A stretch of DNA of 64,000 bases. Source: a phage. The stretch lies in the sequence record PZ338878.1. One strand, written 5' to 3'. Every line of letters starts with the position of its first letter. Position 1 is the stretch's first letter. Made by a program: the position numbers and the translations under genes. The notes beneath the pieces are model-generated. The model was given only the letters and a program-made list of their open reading frames with translations, was not told the DNA's origin and made no database searches. Positions 9,711 through 16,971 of the stretch are shown here, piece after piece.

Positions 9711-10052
9711 TTAATAGTTAACACGTTTAATTTCAACACCGTAGGATGAAATAAAATTTTCCTTAGCTAACATATATTTACCAGCAGCAGAAGGGTTTGA
9801 TGTATGGACATAGATAGTTTTAAGAGCATCCCATTCACCAGCATACAACATACATTCTACGTCTAAGAATGCATGATATCCTTCCTGATCTTCTCCAAGA
9901 TCATTATCGAAGTGTATCTCTGAGATATTATTGAAATTATCTTCATCTGAAACAAAAGATAACCAATCCTCAAAAGATTTTAACCAAATGGCATCCTCAT
10001 AACCATAATCTTTAGGATCTCTTAAATCGTCTAACCAAAGAATTTTAGCCAC
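9711..10052 (-). CDS. hypothetical protein
   Basis: ORF; likely GTG start at 10052 with GAAGGGGG RBS just after the upstream stop; ORF-track start at 10085 overlaps the upstream gene. Confidence 0.4.
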   Translation of the reverse strand: MAKILWLDDLRDPKDYGYEDAIWLKSFEDWLSFVSDEDNFNNISEIHFDNDLGEDQEGYHAFLDVECMLYAGEWDALKTIYVHTSNPSAAGKYMLAKENFISSYGVEIKRVNY

Positions 10053-10054
10053 TA

Positions 10055-10246
10055 TCAACCCCCTTCCTGTTTCTCTTCTTTCCAAGTTTTACCATTATCT
10101 ACCAACTTCTTAGAAACAGCAAATCTTTCTCCATTGATATAAAACAAATAAAGAATAAAGGATTTTCCTATAGTTACAGTATCTACTACTTCTACACGCT
10201 TCACACCTTGCATGTATTTGGCTTTACCTGAATAAATAAGGAACAT
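10055..10246 (-). CDS. hypothetical protein (63 aa)
   Basis: ORF in co-directional block. Confidence 0.35.
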   Translation of the reverse strand: MFLIYSGKAKYMQGVKRVEVVDTVTIGKSFILYLFYINGERFAVSKKLVDNGKTWKEEKQEGG

Positions 10247-10524
10247 TACTTATTCCTTTTGTTGTTGATCACATCTAAAGCTGTGTAAGGTTTGTTTGTA
10301 CCGCTGTATTCAAGAATAATTGGTACATATTCATAGACCAACTCAAAAGTACCATACATAGAATCTGCAACTGAAATAAGCATTTCAGTGCCTTTGTCGT
10401 TCTTAATTAATGAAAATCTTGCCCCTGGTTTATTGAGCACTTCATATTTCTTACCTGCTGTCAGCAAACCTGAATACCATTCATTTTCCACAACAGATAA
10501 ACACTTCAGATAAGTTTTTCTCAT
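10246..10524 (-). CDS. hypothetical protein (92 aa)
   Basis: ORF, start/stop overlap with neighbours. Confidence 0.4.
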   Translation of the reverse strand: MRKTYLKCLSVVENEWYSGLLTAGKKYEVLNKPGARFSLIKNDKGTEMLISVADSMYGTFELVYEYVPIILEYSGTNKPYTALDVINNKRNK

Positions 10525-10862
10525 TTCTTTTTGCTCCTTCTTTTAGGCTTCTCGTATAAACCTAACACAGCCGACTCTTTTGCGCAAATAGGAACTGACT
10601 TCATTCCTCGTTTTTTAGCTTCTGGTAGATTCAAAACCCACCAGCCAAACCAGTACAATTCATCTTCTGTGAAAGGATCTGCCATAGGATCTGCATCACG
10701 TGCTTCAAATTTAGCAAGAGCTTCTTCTATCTTTTCTATTGGAGTATCAAAGACAAAAGCCTCTGTGTCAAATTTTTGTTTCTTAGGAGCGGCTTTTGCC
10801 GCCACATCTTTAGATGCGCGCTTTGTTACGGATCGCTTCTTCGGTGTTTTCGCCATCAACAA
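10521..10862 (-). CDS. hypothetical basic protein, possibly nucleic-acid binding
   Basis: Lys/Ala/Pro-rich basic N-terminus and basic C-terminus. Confidence 0.4.
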   Translation of the reverse strand: MLMAKTPKKRSVTKRASKDVAAKAAPKKQKFDTEAFVFDTPIEKIEEALAKFEARDADPMADPFTEDELYWFGWWVLNLPEAKKRGMKSVPICAKESAVLGLYEKPKRRSKKK

Positions 10863-11049
10863 CCTCCATGCGGTGTAAGAAATCTTGCTGGAATCGCCAA
10901 TACTGTTGACCAGTCCTTACATCTTCGTAGATCACAACAGGATCAAATACTTTAGATACACCCGCTGGTTTAGGAAAGCCAACTACACGATATAAACCGC
11001 CTTTGCTAATACAAGAATATGTTACATCAGTTAAAATTTCTTTTTTCAT
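10810..11049 (-). CDS. hypothetical protein (79 aa)
   Basis: ORF in co-directional block. Confidence 0.35.
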   Translation of the reverse strand: MKKEILTDVTYSCISKGGLYRVVGFPKPAGVSKVFDPVVIYEDVRTGQQYWRFQQDFLHRMEVVDGENTEEAIRNKARI

Positions 11050-11243
11050 TTCTTAATAAACTCCAATACAGGTACGTGATCAGCAGTTAAAGTTACACAA
11101 TTGTAACTTACCTTTTCAACTTCAGAAAATGCTTCAACCCATAGCAAGAAATTCTCTTTAGCTTCTTCATAATTCAATGTTGACTTAACAACATGGAACT
11201 CACCAAGGATTACTCTATAGATTGTTTGCATAGTTTGATTCAT
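11046..11243 (-). CDS. hypothetical protein (65 aa)
   Basis: ORF, 4-nt overlap with next gene. Confidence 0.35.
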   Translation of the reverse strand: MNQTMQTIYRVILGEFHVVKSTLNYEEAKENFLLWVEAFSEVEKVSYNCVTLTADHVPVLEFIKK

Positions 11244-11309
11244 TTATTTTTCCTTTGTTTAAAATGTGTTAAACAATCGCAAATGCTTGTGACGCACTTT
11301 GTGATCCCA

Positions 11310-11717
11310 CTAATTAATGTCAGCACTATGATTGTTGAGAGTATAGGATACTCCATCGCCCAAGTCAACATGAATCTCAACTCCTAACTGTCTTTCTAAT
11401 GGTAAACGTTTTGAGAATTGATAATTACAAAATTTACAGTCTAAGTCAAGCAACTCATGTTTGCTTAAACCTGCAACGATAACTTTGCTTCCCACTGTCC
11501 ACTCAATACCTTCAAAGTTATCTCTTCTTTTCAAAATGTCAAGTAAGAAGATGATTTGTTGCCACTCCGTAGACAAGTCTTCTTCATAAAATGCAGAACA
11601 AAAAGTTTTATCATCGTAGAAAGCATACATTATGCCTCCATCTATTGTTTCACTTCTAACGTAACGTGTGACCCTCATTATTCCCTCCTGTATGGCTCTG
11701 TAACGAGCTAATAGCAC
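11310..11717 (-). CDS. hypothetical protein, first gene of the leftward early block
   Basis: ORF with AGGAGGG RBS; borders the divergent intergenic region. Confidence 0.4.
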   Translation of the reverse strand: MLLARYRAIQEGIMRVTRYVRSETIDGGIMYAFYDDKTFCSAFYEEDLSTEWQQIIFLLDILKRRDNFEGIEWTVGSKVIVAGLSKHELLDLDCKFCNYQFSKRLPLERQLGVEIHVDLGDGVSYTLNNHSADIN

Positions 11718-11809
11718 CTAAGATATGCAATCACCTTACCTCACAGTAAAACTCGTTACAATCGTTTTTAGGAGGTTCAGGTTGTACTTAAAAATAATCT
11801 AAAAAGGTG

Positions 11810-11838
11810 TTGACAAACGCAAAAAAGTATGCTACCCT
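11810..11838 (+). promoter_or_regulatory. sigma70-type promoter (TTGACA, 17-nt spacer, TGc-TACCCT)
   Basis: Perfect -35 and TG-extended -10 sharing the TATG-N-TA architecture of the other promoters here; transcript would begin at a CCCCC...GGGGG stem (11841-11871). Confidence 0.35.
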
Positions 11839-12019
11839 AACCCCCGAAAAACGCCGAGCGCAGCGAGGGGGTGTTATCTAATCTTGTGATACATGATCTA
11901 ACAGACAACTGAGTAGTCTACATATAGCACTATGTTATGTCTATAATACTAACATACATGCTCTATACTAACAATAGATTATTTATTAATTTTATTATTA
12001 ATTAAATAATAAATATCTA

Positions 12020-12048
12020 TTGACTTTAGATCTATCTGTATGTAGAGT
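12020..12048 (+). promoter_or_regulatory. sigma70-type promoter upstream of the prs-like gene
   Basis: TTGACT, 17 nt, TAGAGT preceded by TG; AT-rich upstream tract. Confidence 0.5.
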
Positions 12049-12087
12049 AGAGAACATAAAGTCCTAACTCAGCTAAGGAGATAAAAA

Positions 12088-12981
12088 ATGAAAGTTAGTA
12101 TTCTGCATGGTGTTGACTGTTATGTTACTGATGTAGACGTTAAAGTGTTTACATTCTCTGGTGGAGAACAACATGTTCAATTAGATATGAATCTATCAGA
12201 TTTCAATCATGCTACAGACAGAATCTTACTCACTTTAGAAGTAAGATCTGCTAAAGACTTGATGACTTTGGTTATGACTAAGAATGCATTGGACAATATG
12301 CTATATCATAAACCATATTGTGTTGATTTACTCATGTTGTATGTGCCGTATGCACGACAAGACAGAGTGTGTGAGCCTGGGGAAGCATTCGGAGTTAAAG
12401 CATTTGCTTCTATAATTAATTCATTAAATTTCTCACGTGTTATCGTTGCTGATCCGCATAGTGATGTTACTCCAGCAGTGTTTGACAGACTCTGTGTAAT
12501 ACCTCAAGAAGAGATTGCTTACGAAACTTTAAAGTGGAAGTTACGTATGGAGAATTTTGCTCTTGTTAGCCCTGATGGTGGTGCTCTTAAGAAAATATTT
12601 AAATTATCTAAGAAAATGTCTTTAGATGTGTTCTGTGCAGAGAAGGTTAGAGATACCGCAACAGGTGCTATTGTTCGTACAGACATTTCTGTACAGGATT
12701 TCAATAAGCGTAACCTGATGATCGTAGATGATATCTGTGATGGTGGTAGAACTTTTATCGAATTGGCTAAAGTGCTACGTGCTCGTAACGCAGGTAAGAT
12801 TGAGCTATATGTTACGCACGGTATCTTTTCTAAAGGTCTTAAAGAGTTAAGTGAGCACTTTGACTGCATTCATTCCCTTAATGTGTGGGAAGATAACATC
12901 CAAGAAGATTCTGGTGTTCTTGTTAAGAATCAGTCAGATTTGCAACAACAAATTGTATCTCCATACGTGTGGAATTTTTAA
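12088..12981 (+). CDS. prs: ribose-phosphate pyrophosphokinase (PRPP synthetase) family protein; candidate ADP-ribose pyrophosphokinase (Adps) of a NARP1-type pathway
   Basis: PRPP-binding loop MIVDDICDGGRTF; AAGGAG RBS; adjacent to nadV-like gene. Confidence 0.75.
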   Translation: MKVSILHGVDCYVTDVDVKVFTFSGGEQHVQLDMNLSDFNHATDRILLTLEVRSAKDLMTLVMTKNALDNMLYHKPYCVDLLMLYVPYARQDRVCEPGEAFGVKAFASIINSLNFSRVIVADPHSDVTPAVFDRLCVIPQEEIAYETLKWKLRMENFALVSPDGGALKKIFKLSKKMSLDVFCAEKVRDTATGAIVRTDISVQDFNKRNLMIVDDICDGGRTFIELAKVLRARNAGKIELYVTHGIFSKGLKELSEHFDCIHSLNVWEDNIQEDSGVLVKNQSDLQQQIVSPYVWNF

Positions 12982-12991
12982 ATAATAAGTG

Positions 12992-13020
12992 TTGACAATA
13001 GGGAGTATGCTTAGTAAGAT
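12992..13020 (+). promoter_or_regulatory. sigma70-type promoter upstream of the nadV-like gene, with overlapping inverted repeat
   Basis: TTGACA, 17 nt, TAAGAT; 8-bp inverted repeat GGGAGTAT / ATACTCCC (13001-13008 and 13019-13026) brackets the -10. Confidence 0.5.
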
Positions 13021-13052
13021 ACTCCCACATTAACAAACAAGGAGACATAACT

Positions 13053-14786
13053 ATGAATATTTTTGCACCTTTTGCTACTGATTGGTACAAACCTGGTCAC
13101 AAGCAGATGTACAACCAAAATACAAAACTTATTTTCTCTAATTTAACTCCTCGTAATGATAAAAACTTTGCACACTATGCAGATCGTGAAGCACGTGGTG
13201 TGATTGTTTTAGGTATTCGTCGAGCAGTCACTGATGCTCTTGTAACTATGTGGGATAGCTTCTTTAAAATGTCTCGTAGTGCAGCAGTAAATAAATTTTA
13301 TCGTATGTCTAAAAATGCATTAGGTGCTTCTGCTCCTTCTGCTGAATGTTGGGGAGAATTGCACGATTTAGGTTATCTTCCGCTGGAAGTTCGATCTCTG
13401 CCAGAAGGTGTTTTGTGTCCTATTGGTGTTCCTGTGTTTACTGTGCATAATACTTTAGAAAAATTCTTTTGGTTAACTAACTATGTGGAAACACTACTGT
13501 CAGATGAAACTTGGAAGACAATGACTAATGCCACAGCAGCTTTTCAGTATAAGCGTATCGCTATGGCATATGCGATGGCAACGTGTGATAATATTGATCA
13601 CGTTAACTTCCAGTGTCATGATTTTAGCCTACGTGGTTTAAGTAATATCGAAGATGGTTATAAGAGTGGTATCGCTCACTTGGCATCGTTCACAGGAACA
13701 GATAATATTCTGGCTATTGAAACTGTGCATGACTATTATGGTATTGATTATGATCAGTTTGTTGCAGGTTCGATTCCGGCAACAGAACATTCAGTAGCAA
13801 CGACTAACATTGGAGCTATTGTTGAAGATCTGAAGAAACATTTCCCACATCTTAAAGATGATGTAGATGGGCTTCGTTATGTAGCAGAAAAAGAGTTTCT
13901 TCGTCGTTATATCGAAGAAATTGTTCCAGAAGGTTTTTGTTCATATGTAGCAGACTCTTATGACTATTGGGCTGTATTGACTCGCATTCTGGTAGAATTG
14001 AAAGATTCCATTATGTCACGAAATGGTCGTCTTGTTATTCGTCCAGATTCAGGAGATCCGGTTAAAGTTGTTGCAGGATACAATGTTGAATCTTTTGATA
14101 ACTATGAAGACCTCTTAAATAATGGTATTGCGACAGCCACTGAAGTAGTTCATTTGGCTGATGTTAATAAGTATTACAATGTTCTTCAGGATTGCAGTGT
14201 TGCTGACTGTATTGATGAAACTTATGAGATTCCTTATTGTGAAGCAGTAGGTTCTATTCAAATCCTTTGGGAAGTGTTTGGTGGTACTATCAACCGAAAA
14301 GGCTACAAGGTTCTTGATCAGCATATCGGTATGATTTATGGTGATTCTATTACTGTTGAACGAGAACACGAGATCTTACGCCGACTGAAGAAGAAAGGTT
14401 TTGCAGCTTCCAATATTGTATTTGGTGTTGGTAGTTATACTTATCAGTTCAATACACGAGATACTTTTGGTTTTGCTGTTAAAGCAACAGGTAGTATTAT
14501 CGGTGAACACGAAATTTTGGTAAGTAAGGAGCCTAAAACTGATCCTGGTAAACGCTCTGCAAAAGGTTTTATTAAGGTTGTTAAGGATACCAATGGTAAT
14601 CTGTCTCTTGTAGATAATCTTTCTTTTAAAGATATCCAGGATGAAGACAATGAGTTACAAGTTATCTTCAAGGATGGTAAGGTTATTACACCACAAGTAG
14701 AAGGCCGTGATGAAACATTCACTGATATCCGCAACCGTGTTGACGTAGAGGTTCTTCGTACTATGGGAACCATCCAGGTTGACTAA
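13053..14786 (+). CDS. nadV: nicotinamide phosphoribosyltransferase family protein; candidate nicotinamide ADP-ribose transferase (Namat) of a NARP1-type pathway
   Basis: 577 aa; NAMPT-like N-terminus (FATDWYKPGHKQMY); GGAG RBS. Confidence 0.75.
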   Translation: MNIFAPFATDWYKPGHKQMYNQNTKLIFSNLTPRNDKNFAHYADREARGVIVLGIRRAVTDALVTMWDSFFKMSRSAAVNKFYRMSKNALGASAPSAECWGELHDLGYLPLEVRSLPEGVLCPIGVPVFTVHNTLEKFFWLTNYVETLLSDETWKTMTNATAAFQYKRIAMAYAMATCDNIDHVNFQCHDFSLRGLSNIEDGYKSGIAHLASFTGTDNILAIETVHDYYGIDYDQFVAGSIPATEHSVATTNIGAIVEDLKKHFPHLKDDVDGLRYVAEKEFLRRYIEEIVPEGFCSYVADSYDYWAVLTRILVELKDSIMSRNGRLVIRPDSGDPVKVVAGYNVESFDNYEDLLNNGIATATEVVHLADVNKYYNVLQDCSVADCIDETYEIPYCEAVGSIQILWEVFGGTINRKGYKVLDQHIGMIYGDSITVEREHEILRRLKKKGFAASNIVFGVGSYTYQFNTRDTFGFAVKATGSIIGEHEILVSKEPKTDPGKRSAKGFIKVVKDTNGNLSLVDNLSFKDIQDEDNELQVIFKDGKVITPQVEGRDETFTDIRNRVDVEVLRTMGTIQVD

Positions 14787-14857
14787 ATAAAAACTTCGTG
14801 ATAAGATTAAGGTAAGGAGAGCCTACAACTGCCCTGGATGGGCTTCACGAAGGATTT

Positions 14858-15079
14858 ATGAAACAACATAATTTTTATTTTCGTTGCCGAGCCTGTAACA
14901 GACACTTGACTAATCATTCCCGTAGAGACAGGAATGGTAATATTCAAGAGTCGGATCTATGCTCGATTTGTACAAGTTTGGCATTCGATGACAGTCCCGA
15001 AAGGGTTTATCAACATCAAAGTGTAACTGATCTTCTTCTAAATTACACAACACCAGAGGAGGAATTAGATTTCACATAA
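14858..15079 (+). CDS. hypothetical zinc-ribbon protein (73 aa)
   Basis: CRAC...CSIC cysteine pairs. Confidence 0.35.
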   Translation: MKQHNFYFRCRACNRHLTNHSRRDRNGNIQESDLCSICTSLAFDDSPERVYQHQSVTDLLLNYTTPEEELDFT

Positions 15080-15092
15080 TTAAGGAAACAGT

Positions 15093-15203
15093 ATGTCTAC
15101 AGAAATTATTTTTGGCTTATCTGTTTTTATTGCTATTGTATCTTTTGTATGCGGTTATACACTAGGTTACAGATCAAGAAAAAATATTGTAAAAACTAGT
15201 TGA
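15093..15203 (+). CDS. small single-pass membrane peptide (36 aa, below ORF-track cutoff)
   Basis: AAGGA RBS then ATG; MSTEIIFGLSVFIAIVSFVCGYTLGY hydrophobic core. Confidence 0.25.
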   Translation: MSTEIIFGLSVFIAIVSFVCGYTLGYRSRKNIVKTS

Positions 15204-15229
15204 CAACATAGCTAGTTATTTGCTAAGAT
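15200..15229 (+). promoter_or_regulatory. sigma70-type promoter (TTGACA, 18 nt, TAAGAT)
   Basis: Perfect -35 and 5/6 -10, upstream of ORF 15260 and the tRNA array. Confidence 0.45.
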
Positions 15230-15259
15230 AAGCACAAGTTAAACAAAAAGGAGAAAACT

Positions 15260-15526
15260 ATGACAGAACGTACTTATGGTAAAGAATTGATTGAGAAGCA
15301 CGTATTGATTGATAATAAAGGTGGAGCAATCTTTATTTTTGAACCTGAATCAGTTCTTACTGAAAACGAAAATGGTAGCGTTAGCCTTAAAACAGAAAGT
15401 TTGGTAATTGACTTCCTTGCTCTTCTGGATGAAATGGGGCTTCCGCACGAAGAAGAAGCAGCTATTGCTTTGATTACAGTTCTTCTGGAGAAACGCGAAG
15501 CTGGTGAAATGACCCAGTATGCTTAA
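15260..15526 (+). CDS. hypothetical protein (88 aa)
   Basis: ORF with AAAGGAG RBS. Confidence 0.45.
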   Translation: MTERTYGKELIEKHVLIDNKGGAIFIFEPESVLTENENGSVSLKTESLVIDFLALLDEMGLPHEEEAAIALITVLLEKREAGEMTQYA

Positions 15527-15533
15527 TATTCAA

Positions 15534-15609
15534 GGTTCCATAGCTCACTGACGAGAGCGCACACCTCATAAGTGTCGAGGGCAGGGATTGTAACCCTGGG
15601 GAACCACCA
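15534..15609 (+). tRNA. tRNA-Met (anticodon CAT; Ile2 or initiator not excluded)
   Basis: 76 nt; acceptor GGTTCCA/GGGAACC (one 7:66 mismatch); anticodon loop CTCATAA; non-canonical T-loop ATTGTAA; CCA encoded. Confidence 0.5.
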
Positions 15610-15640
15610 TTTAAAAGGAGATGCTATGCATCTCCTATAT

Positions 15641-15726
15641 GCAAGTGTGGTGGAATTGGTGATACACATTGTGCTTAAAACGCAACGCTTAAATGATTGA
15701 GGGTTCGAATCCCTCCACTTGCACCA
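15641..15726 (+). tRNA. tRNA-Leu (anticodon TAA)
   Basis: 86 nt class II; acceptor GCAAGTG/CACTTGC; anticodon loop CTTAAAA; long variable arm; T-arm GAGGG-TTCGAAT-CCCTC; A73; CCA encoded. Confidence 0.7.
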
Positions 15727-15728
15727 AC

Positions 15729-15834
15729 GCCTAGTAGGGTATTTGGTAATTCCGAGGCCATCAAAGCCTGAAAAATATGTTAGACCGCTTTGTCTAACTA
15801 AATACGAAATATGGTTCGATTCCATAACTAGGCT
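15729..15834 (+). ncRNA. tRNA-like element, 106 nt, non-canonical (possible stable small RNA, pseudo-tRNA or suppressor-like)
   Basis: Perfect 7-bp acceptor pairing GCCTAGT/ACTAGGC and canonical T-arm TATGG-TTCGATT-CCATA, but a 40-nt internal region with a 7-bp hairpin (15779-15798); candidate anticodon loop CATCAAA; no CCA encoded. Confidence 0.3.
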
Positions 15835-15866
15835 TCAATTTAAATAATAATTTTAGTAAAAATATC

Positions 15867-15895
15867 TTGACATTCACTTAGTTTTTTGTTATAGT
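15867..15895 (+). promoter_or_regulatory. sigma70-type promoter inside the tRNA array (TTGACA, 17 nt, TGt-TATAGT)
   Basis: Perfect -35 plus TG-extended -10, about 12 nt upstream of the next tRNA-like gene. Confidence 0.5.
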
Positions 15896-15906
15896 TACTG
15901 TGAAAA

Positions 15907-15988
15907 CGGGGTGTATCTCACCTGACTTCTAATCAGGCGTTAACCGAGTAATTGGAGTATGCAGGTTCGAATCCTGTCACCCCGACCA
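15907..15988 (+). tRNA. tRNA-Arg (anticodon TCT)-like, non-canonical D region
   Basis: 82 nt; acceptor CGGGGTG/CACCCCG; canonical anticodon arm CCTGA-CTTCTAA-TCAGG; T-arm GCAGG-TTCGAAT-CCTGT; CCA encoded; only 5 nt where the D-arm should be and a 23-nt region before the T-arm. Confidence 0.45.
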
Positions 15989-16006
15989 AAAAGTTTTAAA
16001 AACTAC

Positions 16007-16036
16007 TTGACAAGCAAGATAGTTTTATGTTAGATT
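16007..16036 (+). promoter_or_regulatory. sigma70-type promoter inside the tRNA array (TTGACA, 18 nt, TGt-TAGATT)
   Basis: Perfect -35 plus TG-extended -10, about 15 nt upstream of tRNA-Ser. Confidence 0.5.
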
Positions 16037-16051
16037 TAAAGTATGATAACG

Positions 16052-16141
16052 GGAAGGTAGGGCGCAGCGGTGCGCAACCAGGTTTGAACCCTGGCCCATT
16101 GTAGCGATACGGTGATGGTTCGACTCCATTATCTTCCTCCA
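16052..16141 (+). tRNA. tRNA-Ser (anticodon TGA)
   Basis: 90 nt class II; acceptor GGAAGGT/ATCTTCC; anticodon arm CCAGG-TTTGAAC-CCTGG; 19-nt variable arm; T-arm GATGG-TTCGACT-CCATT; CCA encoded. Confidence 0.7.
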
Positions 16142-16159
16142 AATTCAACTAGGAGCTTT

Positions 16160-16312
16160 ATGAATTATAAAACTATTGGACAGGTTGTTACCGGAGTTAA
16201 GATTGTAGATAATAAAGTTGTTTATGAGTATTCTAATCTTCAACAATCTGAAGATGGTAAAAATATTCGTATGGTAAAAGCAGAACAAAAAGATTCCGGT
16301 TGTTTTGAATAA
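16160..16312 (+). CDS. small hypothetical protein (50 aa) between tRNA genes
   Basis: AGGAG RBS then ATG at 16160; the ORF-track start at 16112 lies inside tRNA-Ser. Confidence 0.3.
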   Translation: MNYKTIGQVVTGVKIVDNKVVYEYSNLQQSEDGKNIRMVKAEQKDSGCFE

Positions 16313-16320
16313 TTAAGAAC

Positions 16321-16406
16321 GGTAGATTGGTGAAATGGTAGCCACAACAGTTTGCTAAACTGTCGTCGGAAACGGCGTGTAGGTTCAAGTCCTACATCTA
16401 CCGCCA
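16321..16406 (+). tRNA. tRNA-Ser (anticodon GCT)
   Basis: 86 nt class II; acceptor GGTAGAT/ATCTACC; anticodon arm ACAGT-TTGCTAA-ACTGT; long variable arm; T-arm GTAGG-TTCAAGT-CCTAC; G73; CCA encoded. Confidence 0.7.
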
Positions 16407-16540
16407 AGTTATCTTTAATGTAGCTTGTAATCTTACTTTAATAGAGTAAACTTTCGGCAGATGGCCTCCACCATCTTACCGATACCCTAATACTTCATAG
16501 TCAAGTGCCGCAAACACTGGCTATTTTAAAGATAATTTAT

Positions 16541-16616
16541 ACATCGTTAGCTTAGTTGGTAGAGCAAGGGGCTTTTAACTCCAAGGTCGAAGGTTCGAAT
16601 CCTTCACGATGTACCA
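16541..16616 (+). tRNA. tRNA-Lys (anticodon TTT)
   Basis: 76 nt; acceptor ACATCGT/ACGATGT (A1-U72); D-arm GCTT-AGTTGGTA-GAGC; anticodon loop CTTTTAA; T-arm GAAGG-TTCGAAT-CCTTC; CCA encoded. Confidence 0.65.
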
Positions 16617-16621
16617 AACAC

Positions 16622-16708
16622 GTAGGTATCGCATAGCGGCAATTGCTGGAGACTGTAAATCTCCTGCCCTTCGGGGCTTCGTTGGTTCGAGTCCAACTAC
16701 CTGCACCA
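16622..16708 (+). tRNA. tRNA-Tyr (anticodon GTA)
   Basis: 87 nt class II; acceptor GTAGGTA/TACCTGC; anticodon arm GGAGA-CTGTAAA-TCTCC; 16-nt variable arm with TTCG loop; T-arm GTTGG-TTCGAGT-CCAAC; CCA encoded. Confidence 0.7.
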
Positions 16709-16715
16709 AATTAAA

Positions 16716-16800
16716 GATGGATTGGCCTAGTGGTTGGGCGACGGACTGTTAATCCGTGAACGAAAGTTCTAGCAAGGTTCAAATCCTTGATCCATCGCCA
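16716..16800 (+). tRNA. tRNA with Asn anticodon (GTT) but a class II-type long variable arm
   Basis: 85 nt; acceptor GATGGAT/ATCCATC; D-arm GCCT-AGTGGTT-GGGC; anticodon arm ACGGA-CTGTTAA-TCCGT (as E. coli tRNA-Asn, from memory); 15-nt variable arm with GAAC/GTTC stem; T-arm CAAGG-TTCAAAT-CCTTG; G73; CCA encoded. Confidence 0.55.
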
Positions 16801-16879
16801 AATAGTGCTTGTAGAGTTAATAGAAACCTCTAGAATTTTCTAGAATTGTAGGTATAAAATCCTACCAAGCAAATATTTT

Positions 16880-16954
16880 GCTCCTATCGTATAACGGCTA
16901 TTACGGTTGCCTTGTAAGCAACTTATCAGGGTTCGAGTCCTTGTGGGAGCACCA
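16880..16954 (+). tRNA. tRNA-Thr (anticodon TGT)
   Basis: 75 nt; acceptor GCTCCTA/TGGGAGC; anticodon arm GTTGC-CTTGTAA-GCAAC; T-arm CAGGG-TTCGAGT-CCTTG; CCA encoded. Confidence 0.7.
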
Positions 16955-16971
16955 ATTTTAACTCTAAAGGA

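Noticed and set aside
15523-15825. 100-aa minus-strand ORF across the first tRNA genes (and similar ORFs at 17578-17769 and 17610-17870)
   Set aside because: They lie antisense over well-formed tRNA genes, lack ribosome-binding sites and are GC-skewed by the tRNA sequence; judged artefacts.
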